Part shown: piece by piece, positions 27,601 through 40,300 of the stretch
Position numbering within the stretch: the stretch's first letter is position 1
Layout: every line of letters starts with the position of its first letter
Position numbers and translations under genes: made by a program
Assembly (NCBI RefSeq): GCF_009914755.1
Contig: NC_060935.1
Strand: one strand, 5' to 3'
From: the human T2T-CHM13v2.0 reference genome, Homo sapiens
Length of the DNA stretch: 64,000 nt
The notes under the pieces: model-generated
Told to the model about the DNA's origin: nothing
The model's input: the letters and a program-made list of their open reading frames with translations, nothing else
The model's database searches: none

Positions 27601-29865
27601 TATATTTATGTGCTCTAATGCTGAATGCCCATATATTTATAATTGTTGTGTCTTCCTGTTGAATTGTTTTTTATAATTACATAACAACCTTCTTTGTCTT
27701 GTGACATTTTTTGACTAAAAGACTACGTTGTTTGATACATGTATAGCCACTCACATCTCTTTTTCTTACAATTTGCGTGGACTACCTTTTCCCAGCCATT
27801 TACTTTTAGTCTCTGTATGTCCTTATATCTAACATTAGTTTCATGTAGATTGTATATTGCTGGATATTGTATTTTTATTCATTTTGATTGGGAGTTTATT
27901 CATTTACATTTAAAATGATCATTGATATGTAAGGACTTGCTGTTGCCATTTTGTTCATTGTTTCCTTTTTGTCTTGCAGTTCTTTTTATTTTTTTTTTCC
28001 TATTTTGTTGTTTTGGTATTTGATGACATTTTTGGTGGTTTGGTTTGATTCATTTTATGTTATTTTTCGTGTACCTACTGGAAATTCATGGTGTTCCTTT
28101 CATGTTATCATGTTTTCCTGATTCTTCATGATTCTTGTAGCTCTGCGTAGGTGTCTGTACATTTGAATAAGTAATTACTTCTTCCAGATTTTATGGACTA
28201 GCTTTGGTAAGGAAAGACCTTCACTTATAGGAAGGTAGAGGTAGGAAGGAGATGTGGGGTGGTGACTATGGGGTGTATGATGGAGCATACTATGGTAGCA
28301 AGTCTGATGGCATGGAGTGCCAAGTGTGGGAATGTGCAGTGATTCTACGTTTAGGAAGGCATGGTGGCTAGGGGGCTCAGGCCGTTAGTGTCAGTGGCAT
28401 TAGCAACTTCGTGGTCCTCAGTGGCAAGAGACCCACTGTACTAGGTCTATAGTGGCTTTGAGAGCTGTTGGAGTCCTCAGCAGTGCCTCCAATTCTAGTT
28501 GTGGGTATACTTAGACCGGGGCTGAGGCAGGTCGCAGCAAGTGAGGGTCAGTGATGAACATGCATGTTGGTGAAAACCAGGGGCAGCAGTGGGCAAGTAT
28601 GTGGCAGTAGGCACTGGTATGTGCAGTGTGTGCACAGTGATGGGAACTAGCTGTAGTATGCACCCAGTGTCAAGGGCTGGGATCAGTCAGAGGGGTTAGG
28701 GCTGATTGTTGGCATGGTTACAGTGGCAAAATCAGTGGTGAGTGCACAAGGCTACAGAGGTTGGAGCTGATGCCCTGTGATTGTGGTTGCAGGGGTCTGC
28801 TGCAGATGTATATGCTATGGTGGGACCAGCAGCTGGCATCAGGGCTGTCTGCATGTGCATAAGCTCTTGCGAGGACTGTGGCTGTGGTGTATGCGCATAT
28901 AAAAGTGAGGGTTGGCAATATTGGTCAGAGCTGGTCATATGTATGCTTGGCTGTGGGTCCTGGACTCACAGTGTGTGTGTGTGCGCAAGGCAATGAGGAC
29001 TGGTGGTTCGGGTTGACAGTAGATATGTACATGGTGGTATAGATGAGACTACTGATGGGACTGGGGTTGGTTGTGGAGCATATGGGGTGGCTGTACTCTG
29101 TCCAAGGCTAGGACACTTGTAGTGTGCTGACTGGGGTGGCCCTGGTAGAGGAGTGGGGACAGCAGCTCAGGTAGCGGGGCTCTGCAGAGGCGAAAAACTG
29201 CAGGATCCTTTGTGGCAAAAGATGTAGGGGTCTGTGGCAGCTGTGCTGGCTGTTGGGTTTCTCAGTGGTGAGAACTATTGGCTTCTCTGTGGAGCACACT
29301 TCTGGGGTCCTTGACAGCTCACATTGTGAGGTCTTTGATGGTGAACATAGTGAGTCTCAGTGGCTGTGATGGTTGTTGATGTCCTCAGCTGTGAAGTCTC
29401 CCGGGATCCTCTGTAGAGCACACCACTGGGGACCACAGTGGCACCTGCAGTATGGCTGACACTTATAGTGCACAACCTTCTTTGTTCCTAGCTGTCTCCA
29501 GATGTCTTGACTATTCCTATCTCCTTAGTAACCTGGGTGGGATAAAACCAAAGTGGTCCTTCAGGCAGTGCTCTGAAAAGGCTCTCCTTTTCCCTCATGA
29601 AGGAAACTTATGGACTCGGGGCTCCTTTTCAGTACTGAGCTGTGTGGACCTGGGGGATGGGATGATGCAGGCAAAAATAAAACTGTTCTTTCTACCCTTT
29701 CTGTGAGATTATTCTCATTTTTCTTCCCCACCACGTTGCTGCACCTTCTTAACTGAACTCCTGAGCTCTTCCGGAGGTATTTCCGTTTGTGGATAGCTGT
29801 CTAATTGTTGCTCTTATGGTTATACAAGGTCTAAAAGCTTTTCCTCCATCCTGCTGATGTCTTTA
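24650..29865 (-). mobile_element. Long old L1 (L1M/L1MA-like): ORF2 with deletions, plus G/T-rich 5'UTR (about 28200-29865)
   Basis: Minus ORFs 25305-25514 and 25884-26186 are ORF2p (TANIIINGENLKAFSLRS…FSADDMIIYLE, RT). Confidence 0.85.
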
Positions 29866-31156
29866 TTCTTATTATTAAAAGCAAAATATATATTAATTTA
29901 CCATTAAGAAAATGTTTATTTAATTTTTGTTTCTGCTTAAGTTTCCCAATGGTACTCCTAAAATCTTGTTAAATTTTTGTTGTGTGACTTTTTAGCAATA
30001 TAAAAGAGTCAAATTGGGAAAAACAATAAAAGTAGCTGTGCACTAAAATTGTAAGAAAAAAAACCCATGTAATGAGAAGAGCCAGGACCTGGAGTAACAA
30101 GACCTGGCATTGAGTACAAGTGTATAATCTTGGGTATATACTTTATTTTTCAGGCCCACATGCTTCTAACCTGTAAAAAGTTTTTGAGGAGTATCAATTA
30201 AGAAGTTTTTGTTGTGAAAATGTGTTGTCAACTACAAATGGTTGTAAAAATATTAGTAAATGTTTTAAAGAAACATTCATATTAAAGCGTATTATACTTT
30301 TGAAGCTTTATTAAAATTACAGTATCTGATTCTCTATATATTTCACAGATTTTGATCTTCATATTGACAGCAATTTGGTTCTTATTACCACAAGTTGACA
30401 ATTAAAAGTCCTTCAGTGAGTGTTTGTTATGTGAATAATTAGTGAATAGTGGATCCTATAAAGATATTTATCTTGTTTTTAAACATCTGAAAGTCTTTAT
30501 TGCATATTTTAAATACAGGCACAGAATATTTTGGCTTGACTGGTTTTAGGTAATGGGCACTTAACTTCAGATTTTGACCCTAAGGTAATTTTGCTTTTTA
30601 TTCAGAAGTCTAAAGCATTTTAATCAGAATTATGACAAAATTGTTTATTTTTGAGAAAATATTTGGAAGAAAATAATATTTTGGGTAATAAACATCATGT
30701 CAGTTTAATCTATTGATCAATTTCTGTACAGTTATCTATTCACAACTTTGCTATTTCACTTTACTGAAATTTTTATCAAAATATATTTTTTTTCTTTTAA
30801 AGTTTTTAACTGAGATTTGATACGCTGATTGTTTTGTCTCTATAAAATATTATTAGTTATAACTGCTGCTATTAGATATTTTTTGGTGATTATTATTTCT
30901 ACAAAATCTAATATACTTGCACCAGATTTTATATATTATGATGTTACACATGAAATTTTATCTATTTACAATGTTATTTTTTTCCTGCTTATTTGTACTA
31001 GTTACATTCATCAAAAATTTAAAGAATGAATGTTTATATTTATCTCTCAGCTAGTCTTAGAAAAAACATACAGGGCAATTGCCTTCAGTTAGTTTAAATT
31101 GAGCCAATATCCAGGCTGGTTTCTTGTATAGATAAGCCAATTATTCCTTACTCTTT

Positions 31157-31469
31157 TTTCTTTTCTTTTTCTTTTTCTGTTTTTGAGACAGAGTCTCGCT
31201 CTGTCACCCAGGCTGGAGTGCAGTGGTGCGATCTCGGCTCAGTGTAGTGCAACCTCCGCCTCCTGGGTTCAAGCTATTCTCCTGCCTCAGCCTCCTGAGT
31301 AGTTGGGATTGCTGGTGCCCGCCACCACGCCTGGCTAATTTTTGTATTTTTAGTAGAGGGGTTTCGCCATGGTGGCCAGACTGGTCTCTAACTCTTGGCC
31401 TCAGGTGATCCACCTGCCTCGGCCTCCCAAAGTGCTGGGATTACAGGAGTGAGCCACCCACGCCTGGCC
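31157..31469 (-). mobile_element. AluS
   Basis: Full dimer; decayed TSD ta(t/c)tcct(t/c)a(c/t)tctttt. Confidence 0.9.
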
Positions 31470-31639
31470 TACTCCTCATTCTTTTAATCCCTCTGTGTCC
31501 TGGCAATCTTTCCAATTCAGTTTTATTTCATTATGTATTTATAATGTGCCTTTTCTTTTTTGAAACCCTGCAAAATTTGTCAGCTCAATAAATATCATTT
31601 TAATAGACATTTAGAAATCATATATTTGGTAAGTCATAT

Positions 31640-31805
31640 ATTTGAGGATGAAGGGAGGAAGGAGGGAGAGGAGGAGAAAAGATAACTATTGGGTACTGGG
31701 CTTAATACCTGGGTGATGAAATTATCTGTACAACAAACCCCTGTGACATGAGTTTACCTATGTGACAAACTTTCACATATACTCCCCAAACATAAAATAA
31801 AATTT
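31640..31805 (+). mobile_element. L1PA15/16-like 3' end
   Basis: gataactattgggtactgggcttaatacctgggtgatgaaattatctgtacaacaaacccc…aaataaaa. Confidence 0.75.
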
Positions 31806-32038
31806 GAATTTTTTTTCAAGAAAAATCTTTTATAGATGCTAGTAACATTTGAAGAGTGGTCACTCATAGTTGCTCTCTGATAGATTTTCTGTCTTTGCAC
31901 ATCTTCTAAGGTGAAGAGGAAGTTTCTGCATGAGAGAGTTTAGTAGACTTGGCCCACTGCCTTAAATATCTTGATACACATATCTTTTAATCATGCTATA
32001 GATTTCTTTGCTTCTCTAACCGGAAGTTCCACGGAAAA

Positions 32039-32293
32039 GTAAGGCTTTGGACCATCTTAATAAGATTAATTTTTTAAAATGTTCCAGTTAACTGATTTTT
32101 ATAAAAACATGCTATACATCTTTTACCTGTATGAAAACTTTTATATTTTTATCAGATATTCAAAAAATGTTAGATATTGAAGAAATTATGCAGCTCACTA
32201 AATAAGGATTTTTTTTAAAAAAAATACTATCAAACAGTTAACTGATTGGAAAATAGAAAAAGTTAATCTTATTAGAATGGTCCAAAGCCTTAA
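32039..32293. repeat. ~250-bp inverted-repeat element (MITE-like, family not recognised)
   Basis: Arm 32040-32075 matches the reverse complement of 32257-32292 at 33/36 nt; both arms also carry cagttaactg; flanks gtaa/ttaa. Confidence 0.75.
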
Positions 32294-32922
32294 AGATTAA
32301 AGTTTCCAATTATTCTTTAATTACTGGCTTCTTGGAAAAAATAACAAATCCCCCTATTTCCAGTAATATCTATTTTAATCCATTTTAGATGTTGCTCTCA
32401 GATAGATGCTTCTAAGCTGTGGTTCTTATCCCTTTATGCTCTTGTTTACTTTGCAGTGGTTTGTCATTGTCTGTTACAGTAGATTCTAAGTAGGAGTGGA
32501 CATATTTAAGTGGAGATACAAGATGATACACTAAGATATGGGAAAAACATATTAAAACTTTATTTGCATTGTCTTAATAATTAAGAGTATATATTTTATA
32601 AATGAGTGAATAAAGAGAAAGGTGTTGAGTGAGATCCTTTTCTAGTAAAGGCGTGATTATTAATACTTGGAATCACTGGTCTGTAGAATGAAATTGTCAT
32701 AGCCAGGCATTCATTTACTCTGGAACATTTCACCCAACCATCACTTTCAGGCTACATCTATATTCAGTCTCCATTAGAGTCAAACTGAGGTGCTGCAGAA
32801 ATTTCCTAATTTCCTAAGTGTTTATTCCCTCTGTCTGGAATGCTTCCCTTCATCCTTTTATGCTAAATTCTTAACTATTTTTCAAACTCTAGGTCAGATG
32901 CTATTTTCTTTATGAATATTTT

Positions 32923-33455
32923 TGTAGTTAGAATAGTTTTGATTATAAGTAGCAGAGAGCCACTCAAATTGCTATAATAAAGGAAATTTATAGGTTTATG
33001 ACACAAAAAAGTTAAGATAAAGAAAAAGGTTCATGTACAATTTCATGAGGTGCCAGATTAATTTATACACAGTTCCCTTGTGTCTTTATTCCTTCATGTG
33101 ATCTCTGTCCTTAGGTTGATTTCCTTTAGGGTTAGACAACGTTGGAGCAATTTTAAGTGTTACATTAACATTCCACATCACACAGAGCAAGAAAAAGAAA
33201 GCATCTCCCCAGTCTCTCCACCCACTCACCTCCAATTCAATAAAAGTTCTCGGCTTCATACTAAAATAGCTTAGGTGATATTCTCACTGATATAGGCTGA
33301 TAAATGCTGATTAGATTAGATCATCAGAGCTTACCTCTGATCTAAGTTGGTCAGGGTCCTCCCCTGGAGTTTGCAGGTCATCAATTTCATGGCTGTTTGT
33401 AATTGATAAAAAAAAAAAATAATTGCTAAGGAGGCAAACCACAATGTCTGCTATA
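32923..33455 (-). mobile_element. Old MLT1 (J/K/L-like) LTR
   Basis: tgtagttagaatagttttgattataagtagcagagagccactcaaatt…aaggaaatttat…gcaaaccacaatgtctgctata. Confidence 0.5.
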
Positions 33456-34496
33456 AGCCTTAAGCTGTTTACTAGCTAAAAGAGGACTCTTCATCTCCTG
33501 AATACTATGATATTTTATTTATATGCTTTCTTTTATCACTTATTTTTTCTTGTATTATAGCAATTTTCTTTCATATTTGCCAGGTTTTAAGTGTCTTGAG
33601 AAGCAAGTACTCATATCTGATTTATCATTTTATTCAACTTTCCCCTATGTGGCATCCAGCACAATGCTTTGTTGAATTAGAATATATGAATAAATGAACT
33701 TACAAATGAATGAAGAAATAAATGGATAAAATGATTGTATAAAATTATTGCTCTTTAAATACAGTGTCTTTTTTGTTAGAAGATTTCAAACAAAACTTAG
33801 CAGAAAATGTTCAGCTATGGAAAGGACTCATGTATTAGAGAAGTGCTGGATGCAATAAATTCCAAGACAACTTATATTTTAACAATTTATTTATTTCTTG
33901 AATATTTGATCTTTTGAGGTGGATGGTGTCTTTTAAGTGGCTTCTTATTAACTACATATCTTTTGTCATCTGCAGTTATTCCATGGAAAAATGTTATTTG
34001 TCTAGAAAGTAAAAAAAAAAAGTACAAAGTGGTTGTAATGGCACATTAACCTGCCAAATGTTATGCTTCTGTATAGGAAGAAGTTAAACCTTGGACAATT
34101 CTTACTTTTATTTAAATGAATAAGAGTAACAACCCTATTATTAGATAAATTAATCAAGCTTTCTTTGAAAAGATAACTTCTTCTCATCAGAATGTTAATT
34201 AAATGAATAAAATGTATATAGTTTTTATGCTCACAGATTCACTTTAAATGAAGGGTTTATTTCACATAATATATTAAGCTATAGATAATGAAAAGTATTT
34301 TTACATCACCTTATCCTTGTTATCAGAAATCCTTTCCCCAATAATGTTTCACTGAAGCATTAGATCCACATTGGTCTCCAAACTCATATACTATGGTTTA
34401 TTTGAATAATCTACATAGGCCTCATAGTAAAAAACTGAACCCATAATCTGCTCCTATAAAACCAGTTTCTCCTCTAATGTTAACTCTCTTGGCAAG

Positions 34497-34918
34497 TGCG
34501 TTAAATCATTCTTGCATTTCTATAAAACAATACCTGAAACTGGGTGATTTATAAAGAAAAGAGGCTTAATTGGCTCACATTCTGCAGGCTTTACAGGAAG
34601 CATGCTGCGGATGCTTGCTGGGCTCCTGGGGAGGCTTCAGGAAGCTTACAATCTTGACAGAAGGCAAAGGGGGAGCAGGCATGTCACATGGTGAAAGCAG
34701 AAACAAGATAGAGGGGAGGTGTCACACACTTAAAAATGACCAGATCTAATGAGAACTCACTCACTACTGTGAAGGGACAGTACCAAGTGGATAGTGCTAA
34801 ACCATTCATGAAAAATTCACCCTCGTGATCCAATCACCTCCCACCAGACCCCATCTCCAACACTGGGACTTACATTTCAACATGACATTTAGGTGGGGAC
34901 AACATCCACACTATACCA
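34497..34918 (-). mobile_element. MSTB-type solo LTR
   Basis: …ctgggtgatttataaagaaaagaggcttaattggctcac…catccacactatacca; TSD gcaag/gcaaa. Confidence 0.88.
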
Positions 34919-35323
34919 GCAAATGATTTTTTAATCACTGAGTTGCCCTTTCAGAAACCTGGGAGACATCCTTAATCCTTCTACCTTACTCCTCACATCC
35001 ACTTTATTATCAAATCTTGCCAATTCTACTTCCCAAATGTGCAAAATATGTCTTGAATGTGTTCATGTCTCTCAAACTGTATTGCTACTACTTGAAGCTA
35101 CCATGATAAATTGCCTAGACTTAGACAAATAGCCTCTAAACTGGTTTTCCTGTTTCTAATCTTGACTTTCTCCATTCCAGTACTCACACTTTCACCAGAT
35201 TGTAAAAACAGCAACAAAAAAACCATGTTATAGGCCCTTAATATCTTTCCATTGCTCTGTGGATAAATGTAAAAATCTACAGGATTCAGATAATATGGTT
35301 CCTGCCTGTTTTTACATCCTCAT

Positions 35324-35721
35324 GGCTATGGTTTAGATATTTGACTTCCCCAAACTTCATGTTGAAACTTAATCTCCTGTTGAAGGTGGGGCCTAATGGG
35401 AGGTGTTTGGGTCATGAGGGCAGATCCCTCATGAATGGCTTGGTGTGGTCCTCATGTAATGAGTGAGTCCTCACTCTACTAGTTCCAATGAGAGTTGGTT
35501 GTTAAAAAGGGCCTGGCACCTCCCCTCTGTCTCTCTCACTTCATTTCTTGCCACATAATCTCTCTATAGACTGGCTCCTTTTTGACACCATGAATGGAAG
35601 CAGCCTGTGGCCCTTACCAGATGCAATGCCAGTGCCACGCATAAGCCAAATAAAACTAAAACAAAAAATTAGTTACTCAGTCTTAGGTGTTCCTTCATAG
35701 CAACACAAAAGAGTTAAGACA
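35324..35721 (+). mobile_element. MST (MSTB1/C/D-like) solo LTR
   Basis: gctatggtttagatatttg…gggtcatgagggcagatccctcatgaatgg…agttaagaca; 5-bp TSD ctcat. Confidence 0.85.
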
Positions 35722-35849
35722 CTCATCTTGCACTAATCATCTCCCTCTCTTGCTCACTTTGCTCCATCCACACCAACCTTTTCTATCCCTAAAATGTACT
35801 AAGATCTGTTGCCCTCATAACCCTTGCTTATACTGCTTCCTGTATGTGA

Positions 35850-36216
<367 letters not shown>

Positions 36217-36428
36217 ATTTTTTTTTGTTTTTTTTTCAGATAGGGTCTCACTCTGTTGCCCAGGCTGGAGTGCAGTGGTACAATCAGAACTTCACCTCCT
36301 GGGATTCAAGTGATCTGCCCACCTCTGCCTCCCATGTAGCTGGGACTATAGGCTCACGCAACCATGCCTGGCTAATATTTTTTTCTTAACTTTTGTAGAG
36401 AGAGGTTTTCTTCATGTTGCCCAGGCTC
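36217..36428 (-). mobile_element. AluJ, 5'-truncated
   Basis: agatagggtctcactctgttgcccaggctgg…catgttgcccaggct. Confidence 0.8.
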
Positions 36429-37355
36429 ACTTGCTCTCCTTTCTAATTTAGCTAACTCCTACTCATCCTTCAACTATTAAATTAAATATTAGTTTAATTT
36501 GTCAGGGCACCATTCCCAGAACCTCTTGCCAGATTAGGTTATTTCCTCCTTTTGTAAACTTTCATAGCCATCTCTACTTTTGCTTAATAATATGCATAAC
36601 AATCATTAAATAGTTATTTGAGCAATTATTTGTTAAGTATCTGTCTTCTCTATTACTGTATATCTACAATGAGGGTAGGCACTGCATTTATTTTGTTCAT
36701 CATTGTTGCTACCTAACATAATGCCTAACATTTACTATGAACTCAATAAATGTATATTAAATAAATGAATAATAAAACGCATTACAGAAGGATAAGATTT
36801 ACTGAATTATTCCATTTGTCAAAGGTAGCTCATAAACAGAAGGAGACAAGATGTAGCCTCCTGGAAAGGGAGAATATGAAGCCAAAGCAAAAGCGTTGTT
36901 CACTTAAATTTTTAAAACATGACCCATAAATAACACTTTTTTCTCTTACATCTTCCAGGTACTGACTTTGATTTTGCCTGCATCAGTTTCTTGAACCAAT
37001 ATTATTCTTCTCTAGTTTTAGTCTCTCTCCAAATTTTTCTTCATGTCATGTCAGTCATAAATTTTGATCATTTTATTTCATTGTGATATCATTACATAAT
37101 ATTCCTTTTAATCCCACTGGCACTGCTGTATTGCACAGCACAATTATCCTCAGTCTTCTGCAAAAGTCTCATGATACATCTTTCTACCTCCAATTAATAT
37201 AGCACTCTTAATGCCAGATTAATCTTCCTAAAGCAATTCTCTATTTATGTCACTAATAGTTCAAAAGTTTTCATTTACTCTTTGTCATTCTATAAAAGAA
37301 ATCTAGGTATTTTACTATAGCATTCATGGACTTTAATTATTCTCTTCTGTTTCTT

Positions 37356-40300
37356 TTTTATTATTATACTTTAAGTTCTGGAATACATGTCTAGAACGTG
37401 CAGGTTTGTTACACGTGCCATGGTGGTTTGCTGCACCCATCAACCCGTCAACTGCATTAGGTATTTCTCCTAATGCTATTTGTCACCTAGCCCCCATCCC
37501 CCACAGACCCCAGTGTGTGATGCCCCCCCACCCTCATGTCCATGTGTTCTCATTGTTCACCTCTCACTTATGAGTCGGAACATGCGGTGTTTGGTGTTTG
37601 GTTTTCTGTTCTCGTGGTAGTTTACTGACAATAATGGTTTCCAGCTTGATCCATGTCCCTGCAAAGGACATGAACACATCCTTTTTATGGCTGCGTAGTA
37701 TTCCATGGTGTATATGTGCCACATTTTCTTTATCCAGTCTATTATTGATGGCCATTTGGGTTGGTTCCAAGTCTTTGCTATTGTGAACAGTGCTGCAATA
37801 AACATATGTGCATGTGTCTTTATAGTAGAATGATTTATAATCCTTTGGGTATATACCCAGTAACGGGATTGCTGGGTTAAATGGTATTTCTAGTTCCAAA
37901 TCCTTGAGGAATTGCCACACTGTCTTCCACAATGATTGAACTAATTTACACTCCCACCAACAGTGTAAAAGCATTCCTATTTCTTCACATCCTCTCCAGC
38001 ATCTGTTGTTTCCTGACTTTTTAATGATCGCCATTCTAACTGGTGTGAGATGGTATCTCACTGTGGCTTTGATTTCCATTTCTCTAATGACCAATGATGA
38101 TGAGCTTTTTTTCATATGTTTGTTGACTGCACAAATGTCTTCTTTTGAGAAGTGTCTATTCATATCCTTTGCCCACTTTTTGATGGGGTTGTTTGTTTTT
38201 TTTTCTTGTAAATTTGTTTAAGTTCTTTGTAGATTCTGGATATTAGCCCTTTGTCAGACGGATAGATTGCAAAAATTTTCTCCCATTCTGTAGGTGGCCT
38301 GTTCACTCTGATGATAGTTTCTTTAGCTGTGCAAAAGCTCTTTAGTTTAATTAGATCCTATTTGTCAATTTTGGCTTTTTTTGCCATTGTTTTTGGTGTT
38401 TTAGTCATGAAGTCTTTGACCATGCCTATGGCCTGAATGGTATTGCCTAGGTTTTCTTCTAGGGTTTTTATGGTTTTAGGTCTTATGTTAAAGTCTTTAA
38501 TCCATCTTGGGATAATTTTTGTATAAGGTGTAAAGAAGGGATCCACTTTCATCTTTCTGCATATGGCTAGCCAATTTTACCAACACCATTTATTAAATAG
38601 GGAATCCTTTCCCCATTGCTTGTTTTTGTCAGGTTTGTCAAAGATCAGATGATTTTAGCTGTGTAGTGTTATTTCTGAGGCCTCTGTTTTGTTCCATTGG
38701 TCTATATCTGTGTTTTGGTACCAGTACCATGCTGTTTTGGTTACTGTAGCCTTGTAGTGTAGTTTGAAGTCAGGTAGCATGATGCCTCCAGCTTTGTTCT
38801 TTTTGCTGAGGATTGTCTTGGTTATGCGGGGTCTTCTTTGGTTCCATATGAAATTTAACGTAGTTTTTTCCAATTCTGTGAAGAAAGTCAATGGGAGCTT
38901 GATGGGGATAGCATTGCATCCATAAATTGTCTTGGGCAGTATGGCCATTTTCACAATATTGATTCTTCTTCTCCATGAGCATGGAATGCTTTTTCATTTG
39001 TTTGTCTTCTCTCTTATTTCCTTGAGCAGTTGTTTGTAGTTCTTGAAGCGGTCCTTCACATCCCTTGTAAGTTGTATTCCTAGATATTTTATCCTCTTTT
39101 TAGCAATTGTGAATGGGAGTTCACTCATGATTTAGCTTTTGTCTATTGTTGGTGTATAGGAATGCTTGTGAATTTTGCATATTGATTTTGTATCTTGAGA
39201 CTTCACTGAAGTTGCTTATCAGCTTAAGGAGATTTTGTGCTGAGACAATGGGGTTTTCAGAATATACAATCATGTCATCTGCAAACAGAGACAATTTGAC
39301 TTCCTCGCTTCCTAATTGAATACCCTTTATTTCTTTCTCTTGACTGATTGCCCTGGTCAGAACTCCCAATACTATGTTGAATAGGAGTGGTGAGAGAGGG
39401 CACGTTTGTCTTGTGCTGGTTTTCAGAGGGAATGCTTCCAGTTTTTGCCCATCCAGTATGATATTGACTTTGGGTTTGTTATAAATAGCTCTTATTATTT
39501 TGAGATACATTCCATCAATAACTAGTTTATTGAGAGTTTTTAGCATGAAGGGACGTTGAATTTTTGTCGACGGCTTTTTCTGCATCTATTGAAATAATCG
39601 TGCTTGTTTTCATTGGTCCTGTTTATGTGATGGATCACATTTATTGATTTGCGTATGTTGAATCAGGCTTGCATTCTAGGAATGAAGCCTACTTGATCGT
39701 GGTGGATAAGCTTTTTGATGTGCTTCTGGATTCGGTTTCCCAGTATTTTATTGAGGATTTTTGCATCGATATTCATCATGGATATTGGCCTGAAATTTTT
39801 TTTTGTTGTGTCTCTGCCAGGTTTTGGTATCAGGGTAAGTCCGGCCTCTTACAATTAGTTAGGGAAGATTCCCTCTTTTTCTATTGTTTGGAATAGTTTC
39901 AGAAGCAATGGTACCAGCTCCTCTTTCTACCTCTGGTAGAATTCGGCTGTGAATCTGTCTGGTCCTGGATTTGTTTTTTGGTTAGTAGGCTATTAATTAC
40001 TGCCTCAATTTTGAAACTTTTTATTTGTCTATTCAGGGATTTGACTTCTTCCTGGTTTAGTCTTGGGAGGTTGTATGTGCCCAGGAATTTATCCACTTCT
40101 TTTAGATTTTCTAGTTTATTTGCGTAGAGGTGTTTATAGTATTCTCTGATGGTAGTTTGTATTTCTGTAGGATCAGTGGTGATAGCCCCTTTACCTTTTA
40201 TTGTGTCTATTTGATTCTTGTTTCTTTCTTCTTTATTAGTCTGGTTAGCAGTCTATCTATTTTGTTGATCTTTTTAAAAAAGCAGCTCTTGGATTCATTA

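Noticed and set aside
28200-29500. G/T-skewed GC-richer block with several ORFs
   Set aside because: Contiguous with the minus-strand old L1 and consistent with its degenerate 5'UTR; CpG-poor and peptides unrecognisable.
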